From positions 1 through 42,535 of the IMG/VR virus record IMGVR_UViG_3300036783_000100: a stretch of 42,535 nucleotides of DNA. One strand, written 5' to 3'. Under the pieces are notes generated by a model. The model searched no databases. It worked only from the letters and a program-made list of their open reading frames with translations, and was not told the origin of the DNA. The translations under genes were made by a program, and so were the position numbers. This DNA is from a virus. Lineage: Duplodnaviria; Caudoviricetes. How positions within the stretch are numbered: the first letter of the stretch is position 1; each line of letters opens with the position of its first letter. Positions 8,022 through 16,218 of the stretch are shown here, one piece after another.

Positions 8022-8223
8022 GGCGTTGGGCGATCGCCCGCTGACGGGCGCGGAGCGTGAGGCGCGGCGGCGTGCGCGGGTGGCGGCCGAGGTGCGCGGG
8101 CTGCGTGCGGCGCTGCTGCTGGCCTCGGCGGCGCTGGCGTCACTGTCGCGGGACGAGGCTGCTGATGGGGACGCGGACGTTGCGCAGGGCCCCGAACAGC
8201 ATGAAGGCGACGCGGGCCTCTGA
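8011..8223 (+). CDS. Small basic putative DNA-binding protein (moron gene 3)
   Basis: MPRRALGDRPLTGAEREARRRAR, a T.AER..R.R-type basic helix seen in small phage regulators. Confidence 0.5.
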   Translation: MPRRALGDRPLTGAEREARRRARVAAEVRGLRAALLLASAALASLSRDEAADGDADVAQGPEQHEGDAGL

Positions 8224-8706
8224 GCCGGAGACGGACACCACGACGCCGGGGTGGCCGGCCAGGGCACCGTGCCGGGCCACACACGCGGCTCCAGGGGCCC
8301 ACAGCTCGCCGGGAGGCGTGAGGGTGCGGCGGGATGCCTCGCCGGCCTGTATCGCCTCCACGGCGCCCGCAGGGGCCATGTTGGGTTTTCCTCCGCTCAC
8401 GATCAGTCGCAGCACGCCGGGGCAGTAGCGGATCGGGGTCCATTGGCCGGTGCCGATGGCCACGAACAGGTAGCCGGTGAAGAGCGGGCGCTCGGTGGTG
8501 TGCCACAGGGTGGGCACTGCGCGGTCGCGGCGGCGGATGGCGATGAGGGGGAGGTAGGTCTGATAGCCGCGGCCGGTGAGGTTGGTGTTAGCCCAGCGCT
8601 CGGCCTGGGGATAGGACTGGACGACGGCCCAAATGCGGCTGCACCCGACGTTAGCGCGGGCTGTTGGCGAGGCTACCGGCACGGATGCGTGAGCGTCAAG
8701 CGGCAT
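8140..8706 (-). CDS. NusG/RfaH-family transcription antiterminator
   Basis: NGN motifs WAVVQS, YLP, PLFTGYLFV, PGVLRLI; KOW-like GALAGHPGVV...ARVAFMLFG. Sits upstream of the late genes. Confidence 0.85.
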   Translation of the reverse strand: MPLDAHASVPVASPTARANVGCSRIWAVVQSYPQAERWANTNLTGRGYQTYLPLIAIRRRDRAVPTLWHTTERPLFTGYLFVAIGTGQWTPIRYCPGVLRLIVSGGKPNMAPAGAVEAIQAGEASRRTLTPPGELWAPGAACVARHGALAGHPGVVVSVSGSEARVAFMLFGALRNVRVPISSLVPRQ

Positions 8707-9133
8707 GGTCATGGTCGTTTGCGGTGTCGGCCGCGGCGTGGGGTTTGGCTTTGCGGGATGGTTTGGGTGTTCGGAGCTTGCGAAGGGCGTCGAGGCGTGC
8801 GGCGGCCAGGGCTTTGAGGCGTTTGATCTCGGCGGCGGCGGCGTCGAGTTGTTGGCGGTACTCGCCGCCACGTGCCCATACGTCCCAGTGGCCGAGCATG
8901 TGATCGGCGACGTCGAACTGGCCGCAGCTGTGGTTGGATCGGGTGGCGGCGTGGATTGGCTGGACGCTGCAGGTGCCTGGCCATCCGACGGCGGTGATGA
9001 CGTGGCCGAGCTTCGCCAGATGGCGGCTGAGGCGGTAGAGGCTGAATGTTTCGCCCTGGTACGGCGGCTGCCAGTTTTCCGGCTGGTTGGGCATCCAGTG
9101 GCGGCACTGGATGCAGTCCCCGTGGTCAGGCAT
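8696..9133 (-). CDS. Hypothetical Cys-rich protein
   Basis: CIQCRHW...GTC...HSCGQF pattern typical of small phage Zn-binding proteins. Confidence 0.65.
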   Translation of the reverse strand: MPDHGDCIQCRHWMPNQPENWQPPYQGETFSLYRLSRHLAKLGHVITAVGWPGTCSVQPIHAATRSNHSCGQFDVADHMLGHWDVWARGGEYRQQLDAAAAEIKRLKALAAARLDALRKLRTPKPSRKAKPHAAADTANDHDHAA

Positions 9134-9229
9134 GGGTCACCGATGCGTGAGCGTCAAGCGGCATTGCCGCCTGCGCCAATTGCGCCAATTCCGCGCCAAT
9201 TCCCCGCCAATTCCGCGCCAATTGGTTGG

Positions 9230-9538
9230 TCATGGGGATGGCCTCTTGGCGAAGTCGACGCGGAGGGCCTTGCGGAGATTTTTCACGGTACGCCCCGGTC
9301 GCCGGTGGGTCTCGCAGAAGCGTGGAGGTTGGCTGAAGCGTGGAGGTTGGCTGATCGTTCTGCCCGTCGCGAAGGTGAAGGCGCTGCCGCAATAGAAACA
9401 TTCAGTTTCCCACTCGATCACGAATGCCGCTTCGCCGTCGTTGCGGACGTATGGGCGCGTGGCTACCGGGCGGTAGATCTGGCCGTCGTGGATGATGCTG
9501 AACCAATCCGGCATGGTGGCGTGAGCGTCAAGCGGCAT
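9230..9538 (-). CDS. Hypothetical protein with CxxC and a duplicated SQPPRF
   Basis: IEWETECFYCG...RFCETHRRPG; 18-bp tandem repeat at about 9317-9354. Start is 9538 or 9514. Confidence 0.6.
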   Translation of the reverse strand: MPLDAHATMPDWFSIIHDGQIYRPVATRPYVRNDGEAAFVIEWETECFYCGSAFTFATGRTISQPPRFSQPPRFCETHRRPGRTVKNLRKALRVDFAKRPSP

Positions 9539-9559
9539 TGAACCGAGCCGGCTGCCCGC

Positions 9560-9708
9560 TGCGCCACATGCGCCACAAACTGCGCCACAACCGGCTAAGG
9601 AATCGGGTGTGCTGCGCCACAAACCCGGCCTTTAGGCCGGTTGTGGCGCAACCCCGACCAACGCCGCCGAAAGTGCGCCACAAACGCGCCACAACATGCG
9701 CCACAAAA
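9560..9708. repeat. Iteron-like array (GCGCCACA), candidate replication origin
   Basis: About 7 direct copies plus one inverted copy (TGTGGCGC) immediately downstream of the helicase gene. Confidence 0.6.
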
Positions 9709-9711
9709 TGG

Positions 9712-10959
9712 TTAGACATGGCGATCACCGGGACGCTTGAGGTGGTTGACGGAGAGCCCCGAGCGGTCTTTCCGCTGTGCCTTGTCGAAATATTCCTCGC
9801 GAACCAGCACGCCGGACTGCACCCAGGTTGCGAGCATGTCGGCGGCTTGTTTGGGTGTGACGGCGAGCGCCTCGACCAGGATATGTCCGGCCCAGCGTGT
9901 GGCGGGATGGCGCCGGCTGTCGGTATAGCGCCCACCGTCAGAGGTGCCGGCGTCGATCCGGTCCAGGACGGTATTGAGGTCGGGGACGCTGGCCTGCTGC
10001 CAGACGTTGGGCGGCTGCCAGGCGGCGATTGCGGCCACGTTATCGCCGTTGGGATAGCCGGCGCAGCCATTGCCGAGCGGCACCTGGCAGAGCTGAAACC
10101 ACTTGGCGCCGTTGGCGGGTGCCATGTTGCGCTTCACGTCGTCGAGCCGGACGTATTGCGAGCGGTTTTCGTCGCTGATGCCGAAGGTTTCGGCCTCGGC
10201 CGCGGTCATCGTGGTGAGCAGCAGCCCGACGCGGGCGCTGTCCGTCAGGGCCTTGGCACCGCGTGCGGCATCGATGGTGGTGGCGTCGCCTTTGCGCACA
10301 TGGTGGACGAGCAGCACGGCGCAGCCGGTGGCGCGAGCGACGCGGCGCCAGGCAGCGGCGGCCTTCACCATGTGCGGGTTGCTGTTCTCCTCGAGGCTAT
10401 GGCTCTCGGCGAACGGGTCGCACACCACTACACCGATGTTGTTCTCAAGGATCTGGTCGATCAGTGCCTGTTCATCCGGGTAGGCGACAGTGAAGCCGTC
10501 GCTGTCGAGGGATGCCAACTTGAGGCCGCGGGCTTCGCCGTCGTGCAGGAACAGCCGGCCCTCGAGTTCGTGGCGCCCGATGCGGTGGTGGATCATCAGC
10601 GCGGCGACGCGCCGATCCAGTTCCTCCATTGGGTCTTCGAGGTTGAAGATTGCGCCGTTGACCCGTGAAAAGACGTGGTTTCCGAGCAACCGCCGATGCG
10701 CCACCAGTTCCATCACGATGGCCATGGCGAGCGCCGATTTGCCGGTGCCTCCGGGTGACACCAGCACCGAGACGTAGCCGCGAATGAGGTGCGAGCCATA
10801 GAGCCACTGCCGCGGCGGGATGGTGCGGGGATCTGGCAGGCGTGCCGGATAGAGCTTGAGCGGCGGCAAGGTTGCGTCGTGCTCTTGGGAGCCGACGACC
10901 GCGAGCCGGGGCCTGAAGCCGCCTTTTTCGTAGGCGGTGACAATCGGATCATCCGGCAT
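9712..10959 (-). CDS. RepA-like SF4 helicase (AAA_25)
   Basis: Walker A SPGGTGKS, NLEDP, VVVCDPF, LLVHHVRK, ARGAKALTDSAR, KRN motifs. Confidence 0.9.
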   Translation of the reverse strand: MPDDPIVTAYEKGGFRPRLAVVGSQEHDATLPPLKLYPARLPDPRTIPPRQWLYGSHLIRGYVSVLVSPGGTGKSALAMAIVMELVAHRRLLGNHVFSRVNGAIFNLEDPMEELDRRVAALMIHHRIGRHELEGRLFLHDGEARGLKLASLDSDGFTVAYPDEQALIDQILENNIGVVVCDPFAESHSLEENSNPHMVKAAAAWRRVARATGCAVLLVHHVRKGDATTIDAARGAKALTDSARVGLLLTTMTAAEAETFGISDENRSQYVRLDDVKRNMAPANGAKWFQLCQVPLGNGCAGYPNGDNVAAIAAWQPPNVWQQASVPDLNTVLDRIDAGTSDGGRYTDSRRHPATRWAGHILVEALAVTPKQAADMLATWVQSGVLVREEYFDKAQRKDRSGLSVNHLKRPGDRHV

Positions 10960-11386
10960 GGCGGCGCCCTCCCGAGGGTGCCACCGGCAGGGCGAAGTAC
11001 ATTTCGCGCCTTACCATGTCCGTCACCTCCTCCTCGGCTAGAGGGAAGTCATCGGCGCCGTTCACGTCGTGGGCCTCGGCGAACAGCACGTTGGACGGCC
11101 GGCGCGACGCGATGAGCGGTCGCAGTCGCTGGCGGATGCGGTATGCGGCCAGGTCGCGACGGCGTTCCAGCGCCTCGAGGTGCAGCGAAAGAATGTGCTG
11201 CAACCCCTTGACCATATTGGGCGCGGTGAGACCGCCAAGGTCGCCGGTGCGTTCTGCTTTGACGGCCTCGGCGATCAGGCTGGCGTGGGCGTCGCCGAGC
11301 GACATCCAGCCGCGCGCCACCGGGCGGGCCAGCGAGGCGGCCAGCGGGACGAGTTCGGCAGGTTTCATGGTGGCCAGCATGGGCAT
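10949..11386 (-). CDS. Hypothetical replication-associated protein
   Basis: 145 aa helical ORF coupled to the helicase gene. Confidence 0.6.
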   Translation of the reverse strand: MPMLATMKPAELVPLAASLARPVARGWMSLGDAHASLIAEAVKAERTGDLGGLTAPNMVKGLQHILSLHLEALERRRDLAAYRIRQRLRPLIASRRPSNVLFAEAHDVNGADDFPLAEEEVTDMVRREMYFALPVAPSGGRRHAG

Positions 11387-11478
11387 ACCCCTATTGCTTC
11401 GGCCCAGGGGCTATGCAATGAAGGGGTGTCACGGCCCTTCATTGCGCCATTCCCCGGCGCCGGTTCAAACAAGTTACA

Positions 11479-11516
11479 GGCCCCGAACGGTTCCCGCCGT
11501 TCGGGGTCTTTGCTGT
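11479..11516 (+). terminator. Strong hairpin with T-rich tail (possible terminator)
   Basis: GGCCCCGAACGG-ttcccg-CCGTTCGGGGTC followed by tttgctgtt. A second hairpin GCAATGAAGGG/CCCTTCATTGC lies at about 11415-11455. Confidence 0.45.
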
Positions 11517-11554
11517 TATGCGCGCGTGTGGGTTGAGTCGCAACGGTCATGCCG

Positions 11555-12085
11555 TCACACGCCGCCGCGGAGAATGCCGGCCTCGCGCACACAATTGCCC
11601 CAGGTCAGTTCCAGCGGCGCGCGACCCAGCGAGACTTGCTCGCGCGACCATTTGGCGAGGATCTGCACCTCGCGGGCTTTACGGGCTTCCTTCTCCTGAG
11701 CCCGCTCAAGGTTGAGGGTCGCCCTGGCGTGCTCCTCGGCCTTGAACGCCAGCGGTGCCAGGCGATGCAGAATGACCCGGTTATTCGGTCCTAGTACCAG
11801 CCGGTCGGGGTCATACGGCACCAGCCGACCCTCACCGAACAGATTCAACTGCGCCGGCGGGTCATCATCGTCATCGTCGTCATGATCGTCGCCGCGCAGA
11901 AGCCGCAGATCCTGCATCGCCTGCCGCATCTGCATGACACGGATATCGACCTTCACCGCGTCGGCCATCTTCTCGGCCACCTCGTCCTGATCGAACGAGC
12001 CGTCGTCCGCAGGCTTGAGCTTTGCAGTCGCAGAGTTGTAGCGAGCCAATGCGCGCGCGCGCATCTTCCAGTGGATGCTGCTCAT
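11555..12085 (-). CDS. Hypothetical protein
   Basis: 176 aa with an acidic tract; TAATG-coupled to the upstream ParB-like gene. Confidence 0.7.
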   Translation of the reverse strand: MSSIHWKMRARALARYNSATAKLKPADDGSFDQDEVAEKMADAVKVDIRVMQMRQAMQDLRLLRGDDHDDDDDDDPPAQLNLFGEGRLVPYDPDRLVLGPNNRVILHRLAPLAFKAEEHARATLNLERAQEKEARKAREVQILAKWSREQVSLGRAPLELTWGNCVREAGILRGGV

Positions 12086-12882
12086 TACCCCCCCTTGTTG
12101 ATAAGTTCCGACAAATGGCTGATTGCTGTCGTGATCTCTGTCAGATCGATGCCGGCCAACACATCGCGATCGCCCAGTGCAGCGCCGGTCATGACCAGGG
12201 CAACCTGCACCGGAAAGTTCTTGATGTTGACGACGGCTTTCCTGGCCGCCTCGATCCCTGCCTCAGTCTGCATCCTGCGGGTGCGCAACTCGGTCATGCC
12301 AGCCTCGAGCGTCAGCCGCTCGTCATCGACCAACGCCGCAACGTCCGGCGCATCCGCGCGCAACTCAGCCATCTTCGCATCAGTGGACTGGCTCGCGCGC
12401 CGCTCCTCCTCAACAGTTTTCAGCGCCTGATCGAGACTGGTGCGATGCCCCAGAACATCCTCGGCCAGCGCGCGGGAATGATGCAGGACGGCGCGAGCCT
12501 GCGATAAGCGGGATCGGTCGAATTGTTTAGTTTCTAAACCTTTCATTTTGCCGCGCGGATGGCTATGCGGCTCCGGATAGATCATCGCCAGAGCAACCGC
12601 CTGCTGGCCTTTGGTCAGGTTCCGACGTTCCAGATTGGCCGACACGATGAACGCCGCCGCATCATGGCCATTCAGCGCGGCAAAGGTCGGTGCCACCCCG
12701 GCGATCTCGCACGCCCGCAACCGGTTGCGGCCGTCGATCAGCACACCGGCATCATCAAGCACGATCGGATGCAGTAGCCCGTTTTCCCTGATGTCATCTG
12801 CGAGATCCTGCAACTCGTCATCCGTCATCATCGGAAAGACAGCAGCGAGCGGATGAACCTCTATGATCCCTGTCTCGCTCAC
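12085..12882 (-). CDS. ParB N-terminal domain protein
   Basis: HPLAAVFPMM...LADDIRENGLLHPIVL...LIDGRNRLRAC...SANLERRNLTKGQ; GTG start after GGGGAG. Confidence 0.85.
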   Translation of the reverse strand: MSETGIIEVHPLAAVFPMMTDDELQDLADDIRENGLLHPIVLDDAGVLIDGRNRLRACEIAGVAPTFAALNGHDAAAFIVSANLERRNLTKGQQAVALAMIYPEPHSHPRGKMKGLETKQFDRSRLSQARAVLHHSRALAEDVLGHRTSLDQALKTVEEERRASQSTDAKMAELRADAPDVAALVDDERLTLEAGMTELRTRRMQTEAGIEAARKAVVNIKNFPVQVALVMTGAALGDRDVLAGIDLTEITTAISHLSELINKGG

Positions 12883-12901
12883 TGCACGATCTCCCCCGAC
12901 A

Positions 12902-13303
12902 TCATGTACACGTCGCACTGAGCGGCACGCCGCATTCGCGCAGCGCCGCCTCCACGTCCGGAACGGAGCGGCACAGCATCACGTCCGCCCCGGCATAGAT
13001 CAGCTTGTGCATGGTTTCGCGCTGCGCCGCGGACACCACGCCGGTGCGGGTCTTCAGCTCGATGAACAGCGCCCTTCCGCGATACACCACAGCGATGTCG
13101 GGAATGCCGGCCACCAGCCCGGTGCCATTCAGCCGCGCCGCCACCTTCTTGCTGCGCAGGCCACCATTCGGCACTGCGTATGCAACGCCGTCGTGCGGTA
13201 GTGCCAGACGTAGATACGCGATGACGGCACGCTGCAGCGTTTCTTCTTCGTGCCTGCGCCGCACCACCGACCGCTGCGGCAGCATGTCCAGAACCGCGCT
13301 CAC
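12902..13303 (-). CDS. VRR-NUC domain nuclease
   Basis: EETLQ, AVPNGG, GLVAGIPDI, FIELKT...S..Q (PD-(D/E)xK). Confidence 0.85.
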   Translation of the reverse strand: MSAVLDMLPQRSVVRRRHEEETLQRAVIAYLRLALPHDGVAYAVPNGGLRSKKVAARLNGTGLVAGIPDIAVVYRGRALFIELKTRTGVVSAAQRETMHKLIYAGADVMLCRSVPDVEAALRECGVPLSATCT

Positions 13304-13575
13304 CAGGTCAAAGCCCCAGGCCGGTAAAGCGGCGCCTGCCCGCGCTCGGCGCGTGCGCACGCCAACTCCCAGGCCAGCGCCTCGCGCGCAGCGGCCAACT
13401 CGTGCGGCATACTCGGCCGGGGCGGCGGCGGCGGCGGCCCCGCCATACGCTGCAGCTTCATCTTCACCGCCAGCCTGGTACGCCCCAGCGCGTCGGCGAT
13501 GTCCTCGAGCGACACGCCCTCCGTGAGGCGCCGGCGGGCGCGCAGCACCTCAGCACCGGTCCACGGCCGGCTCAT
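13300..13575 (-). CDS. Small HTH protein (GcrA N-terminus-like)
   Basis: MSRPWT....GVSLEDIADALGRTRLAVKMKLQRM. Confidence 0.65.
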   Translation of the reverse strand: MSRPWTGAEVLRARRRLTEGVSLEDIADALGRTRLAVKMKLQRMAGPPPPPPRPSMPHELAAAREALAWELACARAERGQAPLYRPGALTW

Positions 13576-14015
13576 GCCGCGGCCTCCAGCCGCGACACCG
13601 GCCGGCGGACGTAGGCCAGGCGGACATGCACAGCGCAATACGGGCAGCCCGCCAGCGCCGGCGCGTCGCAGAAGCGGAACCCCTTGGTGCGCGGCTCACC
13701 GGTAGGCCATTGGCACGTCCGCACCACGGCGGGCACCGGCGCCGCGGGCTTGGGCGGCGCCTTGGGCGGCTTCTGCGGCTTGCGGGCCAGCGACCGCCGA
13801 TGCGCCTCCGCCAACTCCGCAGCGCCCCGTGGCGGCGGCGGTGGCGGCTGTGGCATGACGGCGCGCGGCGCCAGGTGCAGCCGGTGGACTTTGCCGAGCA
13901 CGGCGTTCTTGCTGTAGCCGAGCTGCGCGCCGATCGCCGCGGCGGTCAGATCCGTCTCCCACAGCGTGCGCAGCGCATCGCTCGCGTGCTCGGGCCACAG
14001 CACAGGCGCGCTCAT
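13572..14015 (-). CDS. gcrA: GcrA cell-cycle regulator homologue
   Basis: W...LRTLW...TAAAIGAQLGYSKNAVLGKVHRLHL and C-terminal CQWPTGEP...FRFC...PYCAVH...AY. Confidence 0.85.
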   Translation of the reverse strand: MSAPVLWPEHASDALRTLWETDLTAAAIGAQLGYSKNAVLGKVHRLHLAPRAVMPQPPPPPPRGAAELAEAHRRSLARKPQKPPKAPPKPAAPVPAVVRTCQWPTGEPRTKGFRFCDAPALAGCPYCAVHVRLAYVRRPVSRLEAAA

Positions 14016-14103
14016 GGCCGCCCCCAGCGCCGGTTGAACCGCTTCGCCCGCCGCATCGCGCGGCGCAGGACCACGGCAAAATACAGGCGCTCGAGCCACG
14101 CCA

Positions 14104-14337
14104 TTAGGCGACCGCGCGTTGGCGTTTGCGCTGCGCAGCCGCCTCGATCTTCTCCTGCTGGCGAATGTATGTCCGGACCCGCGCGAAGGTGGCCAGGGTG
14201 AAGTTGGCGCCCTCGCGCAGCTTGCCCATGAACTTGCCGTCGTTCACCGCACGCCGGCCGAACGTCGTCTCGGCCACTGGGTGGGTGGCCAGGAACGCCT
14301 CGATCTCGGCCAGGAGCTGTTGGTGGGGCGTCGCCAT
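14104..14337 (-). CDS. Cro-like regulator
   Basis: LLAEIEAFL...AETTFGRRAVNDGKF..LREG; divergent from the repressor gene. Confidence 0.75.
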   Translation of the reverse strand: MATPHQQLLAEIEAFLATHPVAETTFGRRAVNDGKFMGKLREGANFTLATFARVRTYIRQQEKIEAAAQRKRQRAVA

Positions 14338-14355
14338 GGAAGTGTCACGGTAGGG

Positions 14356-14913
14356 GGGAACCCTCCCGTTGTCTACGCGAAGATTCCCCTAGAAAAATGT
14401 CCTATGGCGCGCGACACCTAATTATGGGAGTGTTCCCAAACATGAGCAAGTTATCCACAACCGCGAGTCCGGTGGCGCGGGAAATCCACCGCCGCATGGA
14501 GGCGCTTGAGATGAGCCCGACGCGGCTCGCCCTCAGGGCCGGCGTCAATGCGACGTACGTGCGCGACCTGTTTTCCGGCAAGTCGCAGAACCCACGCCAC
14601 GCCCACGTTCAGCGCATCGCTGTTGCCCTGGGCTGCACGATCCTGGATCTAATTGACCCAAGGCCACCCGGCGAGCGCGTACAGATATCTGAGGTGGTCG
14701 ATCGCCCGGACGAGCTTGCGTTCCTCCGTTTCTGGCGCGCACTCAGCTCTGAGGGGAAAAACCAGTTCCTCCAGCGAGCCATCGAAAGCGCGCCCAGCCC
14801 GCCGCTGGAAAGGCAGAATCGTCGCTGACACACACTGCCCAACGCCATGCGCCGCCGCCCGGCCTCTTGAGGCGCCTGCCCCATAAATAACGTTTCCATT
14901 GGGAATGTTCCCA
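14356..14913. promoter_or_regulatory. Putative repressor operators GGGA-N4-TCCC flanking the cI-like gene
   Basis: GGGAaccCTCCC 14356-14367, TGGGAgtgtTCCCA 14425-14438, TGGGAatgtTCCCA 14900-14913. Confidence 0.6.
14442..14828 (+). CDS. cI-like XRE-family HTH repressor
   Basis: MSPTRLALRAGVNATYVRDLFSGKSQNPR...IAVALGC HTH. No S24 peptidase domain seen. Confidence 0.8.
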   Translation: MSKLSTTASPVAREIHRRMEALEMSPTRLALRAGVNATYVRDLFSGKSQNPRHAHVQRIAVALGCTILDLIDPRPPGERVQISEVVDRPDELAFLRFWRALSSEGKNQFLQRAIESAPSPPLERQNRR

Positions 14914-15259
14914 TGGACATGAAGACAATTCCCATCTAAAGTGCCTCCGTCAACTCGGAGGCCGGCGTGGCTTTTCATTCAGTTTCCCCTCTCTATCTGC
15001 CCGACCTTGTGTGCGGGGATAGTCGCCGTGCTGCAATCAGGCCGACACATCGTCTTCCCGCCGAAGGTGTCGCGTCAAATGGTAATTTGCGAGCAATAAC
15101 AGTCGCTCGTGAATGCATCGTGAATGCAGGCGCGGAACATTCTGCCGAGCGGGTGCGTTATTATCTGAGCATTTCCGCGCAACCCTATACCGCTGCTGCG
15201 ATCCCGCCCCCGCGGTTCCCCGTGAAGCTGCCCCACGGCTACCTGCCGGGAGTGGTGTG

Positions 15260-15472
15260 ATGGATCAGCTGCTGCGGGACATCCGCGGCTACCGTCTCAG
15301 AGACATGCTCGCAGCGATCGCCGAGTGGTCCCACGCCACCGGCACCGAGCGCGACTTCTGGCGCGCGACAGGTCTGAACCGCATCCGCGAGTTCCGCCGC
15401 CTGCACCTCAACCCCGAGCGCGCCGCCTTCGAGGCCGCCGTCGCTCGTAGCCAACTTAGGAGGGCAGCATGA
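15260..15472 (+). CDS. Hypothetical protein
   Basis: GGGAG SD; MDQLLRDIRGYRL...; coupled to the next ORF. Confidence 0.6.
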   Translation: MDQLLRDIRGYRLRDMLAAIAEWSHATGTERDFWRATGLNRIREFRRLHLNPERAAFEAAVARSQLRRAA

Positions 15473-15699
15473 CCAAGCGACTTTGCCTGTCGGTCGTCGT
15501 GGAGATGCCCGACAACCCGTTCGATGCATCCGACGTATTCGCCAAGCTCAAGCAGCCATGGTCGGATCTGCTCAACAGCCTGACGCAGAGCGGCGTGAAG
15601 CACGACTTCAAGGCCGATGAAATGGAGGTTAGCGCCAAGCGTGGACGCCCGCGCAAGCCCCGCATCGCCGCGGTGCCGCCGTCCGGAGAAGCAGCATGA
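15469..15699 (+). CDS. Hypothetical protein with AT-hook-like motif
   Basis: AGGAGG SD; KRGRPRKPR. Confidence 0.7.
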   Translation: MTKRLCLSVVVEMPDNPFDASDVFAKLKQPWSDLLNSLTQSGVKHDFKADEMEVSAKRGRPRKPRIAAVPPSGEAA

Positions 15700-16169
15700 G
15701 CATCCCCAGCAGCTACCGGCTGCAGGAAGCGATGAGCCACGCCATGCAGCTCATCGCGGAACTCCCTGATGATGAACGACTGCGGGAGGATACTGTTGCC
15801 GGGGAAACGGATGCGCTCGAGATGCTCGACGCCTACGCCGAGCAGGCGTTGGCCGATGCGGCACTGGTCAAGCAGGCCCGCGAACGCGCCGCCAGGCTCG
15901 AGGCCCGCGCGCAGCGCAACCGCGCGATTGTCTCGGCGATCCTGCAGGCGTTGCAACTGAAGCGCGCCGAGCGGGCGCTGTTCACCGCAAGCCTGAGCCA
16001 GCGCACCGAAGTTGCTGAAGTTCCAACCAACGAGGCGCTGCCGGCGGCGTTCGTGCGCAGCGCCCCAGACAAGGTGCTGATCGGCAAGACGCTGCGCGCC
16101 GGCGATCAAGTGCCCGGCTATGAGTTGCAGATGAAACCAGATGTCACGCTGACGCTCCGGGTAGGGTGA
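15696..16169 (+). CDS. Siphovirus Gp157-like protein
   Basis: Coiled coil, LPAAFVRSAPDKVLIGKTLRAGDQVPG C-terminus; next to the ERF gene. Confidence 0.75.
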   Translation: MSIPSSYRLQEAMSHAMQLIAELPDDERLREDTVAGETDALEMLDAYAEQALADAALVKQARERAARLEARAQRNRAIVSAILQALQLKRAERALFTASLSQRTEVAEVPTNEALPAAFVRSAPDKVLIGKTLRAGDQVPGYELQMKPDVTLTLRVG

Positions 16170-16218
16170 TGCCCAAAGGTTCGCCATCGCCGCAACTGGC
16201 GGCACGTAGAGGTATGAT

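Larger units (their letters stand above)
8687..9538. repeat. Three copies of a 20-bp direct repeat GCGTGAGCGTCAAGCGGCAT
   Basis: Exact copies at 8687-8706, 9145-9164 and 9519-9538. Confidence 0.9.

Noticed and set aside
8687-9538. CRISPR array from the 20-bp repeats
   Set aside because: Spacing is about 370-460 bp with genes in between, and there are no cas genes.
14967-15260. 97-aa ORF downstream of the repressor
   Set aside because: Atypical composition and no recognisable motif; more likely a promoter/leader region, though not excluded.
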